Source: Gemmatimonadota bacterium
GTDB taxonomy: Bacteria > Gemmatimonadota > Gemmatimonadetes > Palauibacterales > Palauibacteraceae
Length of the DNA stretch: 64,000 nt
Assembly (NCBI GenBank): GCA_035267645.1
Contig: DATFLN010000086.1
Coordinates: 2,181 to 66,180, forward strand
Direction of reading: 5' to 3'
Both the position numbers and the translations under genes were made by a program. Of the stretch, positions 62,782 to 64,000 are shown piece by piece (positions within the stretch are counted from its first letter, which is position 1; each line of letters opens with the position of its first letter). The notes beneath the pieces are model-generated. The model was not told the origin of the DNA and did not search any database. It saw nothing but the letters and a program-made list of their open reading frames with translations.

Positions 62782-63821
62782 CGGACGCCTCCGGCGATCC
62801 GGGCGTACACGGCCAGCGGGCGCCGCTCCACGTCCACCGGGGGCACGCTGCCCGAGGCCAGCCGGCGGGCCCGGGGCTCGGAGCGGACCTCCGCCGGCAG
62901 GGCCAGGGAGTGGTAGGGCCGGTGGGCCAGCGGCCCGAGCGCCGCCCGCTCTTCCCGCTCGAAGCGGCAGGTCGGCCGCTCGCCGGTCGTCCCGTGGACG
63001 CGGACGTTGGCCACCCGGCCCAGCCACCACTCGGCCTGGGCATTCAGGTCGGCGTCGCCTGCGAACTCGCGGCCGTAGACCAGGCTGCGGCGCACGTAGC
63101 GGATCGGCCGCTCGACCTTCCCCTTCGTCTTCGCCCGGTAGGGCCGGCAGGCCCGGGGCCGGAAGCCCCAGTCGGCGCAGAAGCGCAGGAACTCGGCGTT
63201 CTCGATGAGCCGCCCGCCCTCCGGCCAGAGGTCCCGGAGGATCACGCTCTTCATCGGGTCGAAGAGCACCTCGCGCGGCACGCCCCCGAAGAAGCCGAAG
63301 GCGGCCTCGAGCTTCCGGATCAGGGTGCGCATGTCCTGACGCCGGTAGAAGCGCAGCCACAGGAGGCGGCTGAAGCCCAGCACCACGAGCAGGGCGTAGC
63401 GGCGTCCCCACGGGAAGCGGAAGTGGGCGAAGTCGACCTGGGCCTGCACCCCGGGCGCCGTCTCGAAGCGGACCTCCGGCTCCTCGGGCGGCCGGGGCCG
63501 GACCGTCCGGACGTACTCCTTGAGCTGCGTGTAGCCGCCCAGGTAGCCCGCCGCCCGGATCTCGGCCAGCAGCCGCACGGCCGTCAGCTCCGGGTAGGCG
63601 TCCAGCCGCTCCCGGATGATCCCCTTGTAGGGATCCAGCTTCGTGGGCACGGGCGGCCGGGGCCCGTAGCGGACGTCCCCGACGTCCCGGTCCAGCTCCC
63701 CGCTCCTCAGCCACCGGTAGACCGTCTGACGGCTGATCCCCAGCTCCCGAGCCATCTCGGTCACCGTCAGCCCCTGCTCCAGATAGTGTCTCAGCAGCAC
63801 GCGTCGCTCCCATCCGATCAC
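62778..63821 (-). CDS. istA: IS21 transposase IstA
   Basis: GTG after GGAGG; HTH ARELGISRQTVYRWL; RFETAPG.QAQVDF, LFD, CRPYRAKTKGKVER, N.RVHGTTGERP. Confidence 0.95.
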   Translation of the reverse strand: MIGWERRVLLRHYLEQGLTVTEMARELGISRQTVYRWLRSGELDRDVGDVRYGPRPPVPTKLDPYKGIIRERLDAYPELTAVRLLAEIRAAGYLGGYTQLKEYVRTVRPRPPEEPEVRFETAPGVQAQVDFAHFRFPWGRRYALLVVLGFSRLLWLRFYRRQDMRTLIRKLEAAFGFFGGVPREVLFDPMKSVILRDLWPEGGRLIENAEFLRFCADWGFRPRACRPYRAKTKGKVERPIRYVRRSLVYGREFAGDADLNAQAEWWLGRVANVRVHGTTGERPTCRFEREERAALGPLAHRPYHSLALPAEVRSEPRARRLASGSVPPVDVERRPLAVYARIAGGVR

Positions 63822-63915
63822 CGGCGCCTCCCCGCTCATGGTGGAGGCACCCACCTGAAGGGTCGGGATCGGAGCCGGCTATGCCCGCTCCCCCCCGCCT
63901 ACGAGAGCCACCGAG

Positions 63916-63966
63916 CCGTCACATTTTCAGCCGCCGCGATCGTCACATTTACGACCGCCGCTGACA
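63916..63966. repeat. IS21 left inverted repeat
   Basis: Minus strand TGTCAGCGGCGGTCGTAAATGTGACGATCGCGGCGGCTGAAAATGTGACGG. Confidence 0.9.
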
Positions 63967-64000
63967 AGCATGTCGGCAGGGGGAGCGCGGCCAATCGATG

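Larger units (their letters stand above)
62272..63966 (-). mobile_element. IS21-family insertion sequence, internally deleted (1,695 bp)
   Basis: 5'-TGTC ends, 51-bp imperfect IRs with internal GGCGG..GAAAATGTGAC repeats, istA plus broken istB. Confidence 0.92.

Noticed and set aside
62545-63813. 422-aa ORF spanning istA and ending in the IstB N-terminus (possible frameshift fusion)
   Set aside because: Upstream part is an alternative-frame shadow of istA; no slippery site seen; only the portion from 62781 is IstB
62260-63975. Target-site duplication around the IS21
   Set aside because: Flanking sequences do not match
1-64000. CRISPR array, rRNA or tRNA genes
   Set aside because: No regularly spaced repeat-spacer units and no recognisable rRNA or cloverleaf sequence; repeats found are short coding or junction duplications

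Overview
Very GC-rich bacterial chromosomal segment (roughly three-quarters G+C by eye). Gene content and the many lipoprotein/ECF/TonB modules are most consistent with a Gemmatimonadota genome; this is an inference. About 55 plausible CDSs are present. They include a partial Lon-like protease, a deacetylase, PrpD-like and ComA-like enzymes, several flavoproteins, four ECF sigma systems, a PAS-PAS adenylate cyclase coupled to a receiver-thioredoxin-reductase-like fusion, a YtrA-type GntR/ABC operon, LuxR/MalT and two MarR regulators, a lipoprotein serpin, AsmA, a Clp-N/excisionase-HTH fusion with DUF4242, an ECF42/YCII cluster, a HEPN/MNT toxin-antitoxin pair and an internally deleted IS21 element. 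No rRNA, tRNA or CRISPR array was recognised. Many long ORFs in the supplied track are GC-driven shadow ORFs. The most notable unexplained signals are: (i) a recurring paired GGGA-N-TTCCC-type operator upstream of three to four unrelated operons; (ii) the ClpN-HTH/DUF4242 module; (iii) the cyclase plus pseudo-receiver/CxxC-less reductase pair; (iv) several apparent pseudo-enzymes lacking catalytic residues; (v) a duplication-born 13-codon relay ORF between a sigma and anti-sigma gene; (vi) many gene scars. All family assignments come from motif recognition by eye, without database searches.
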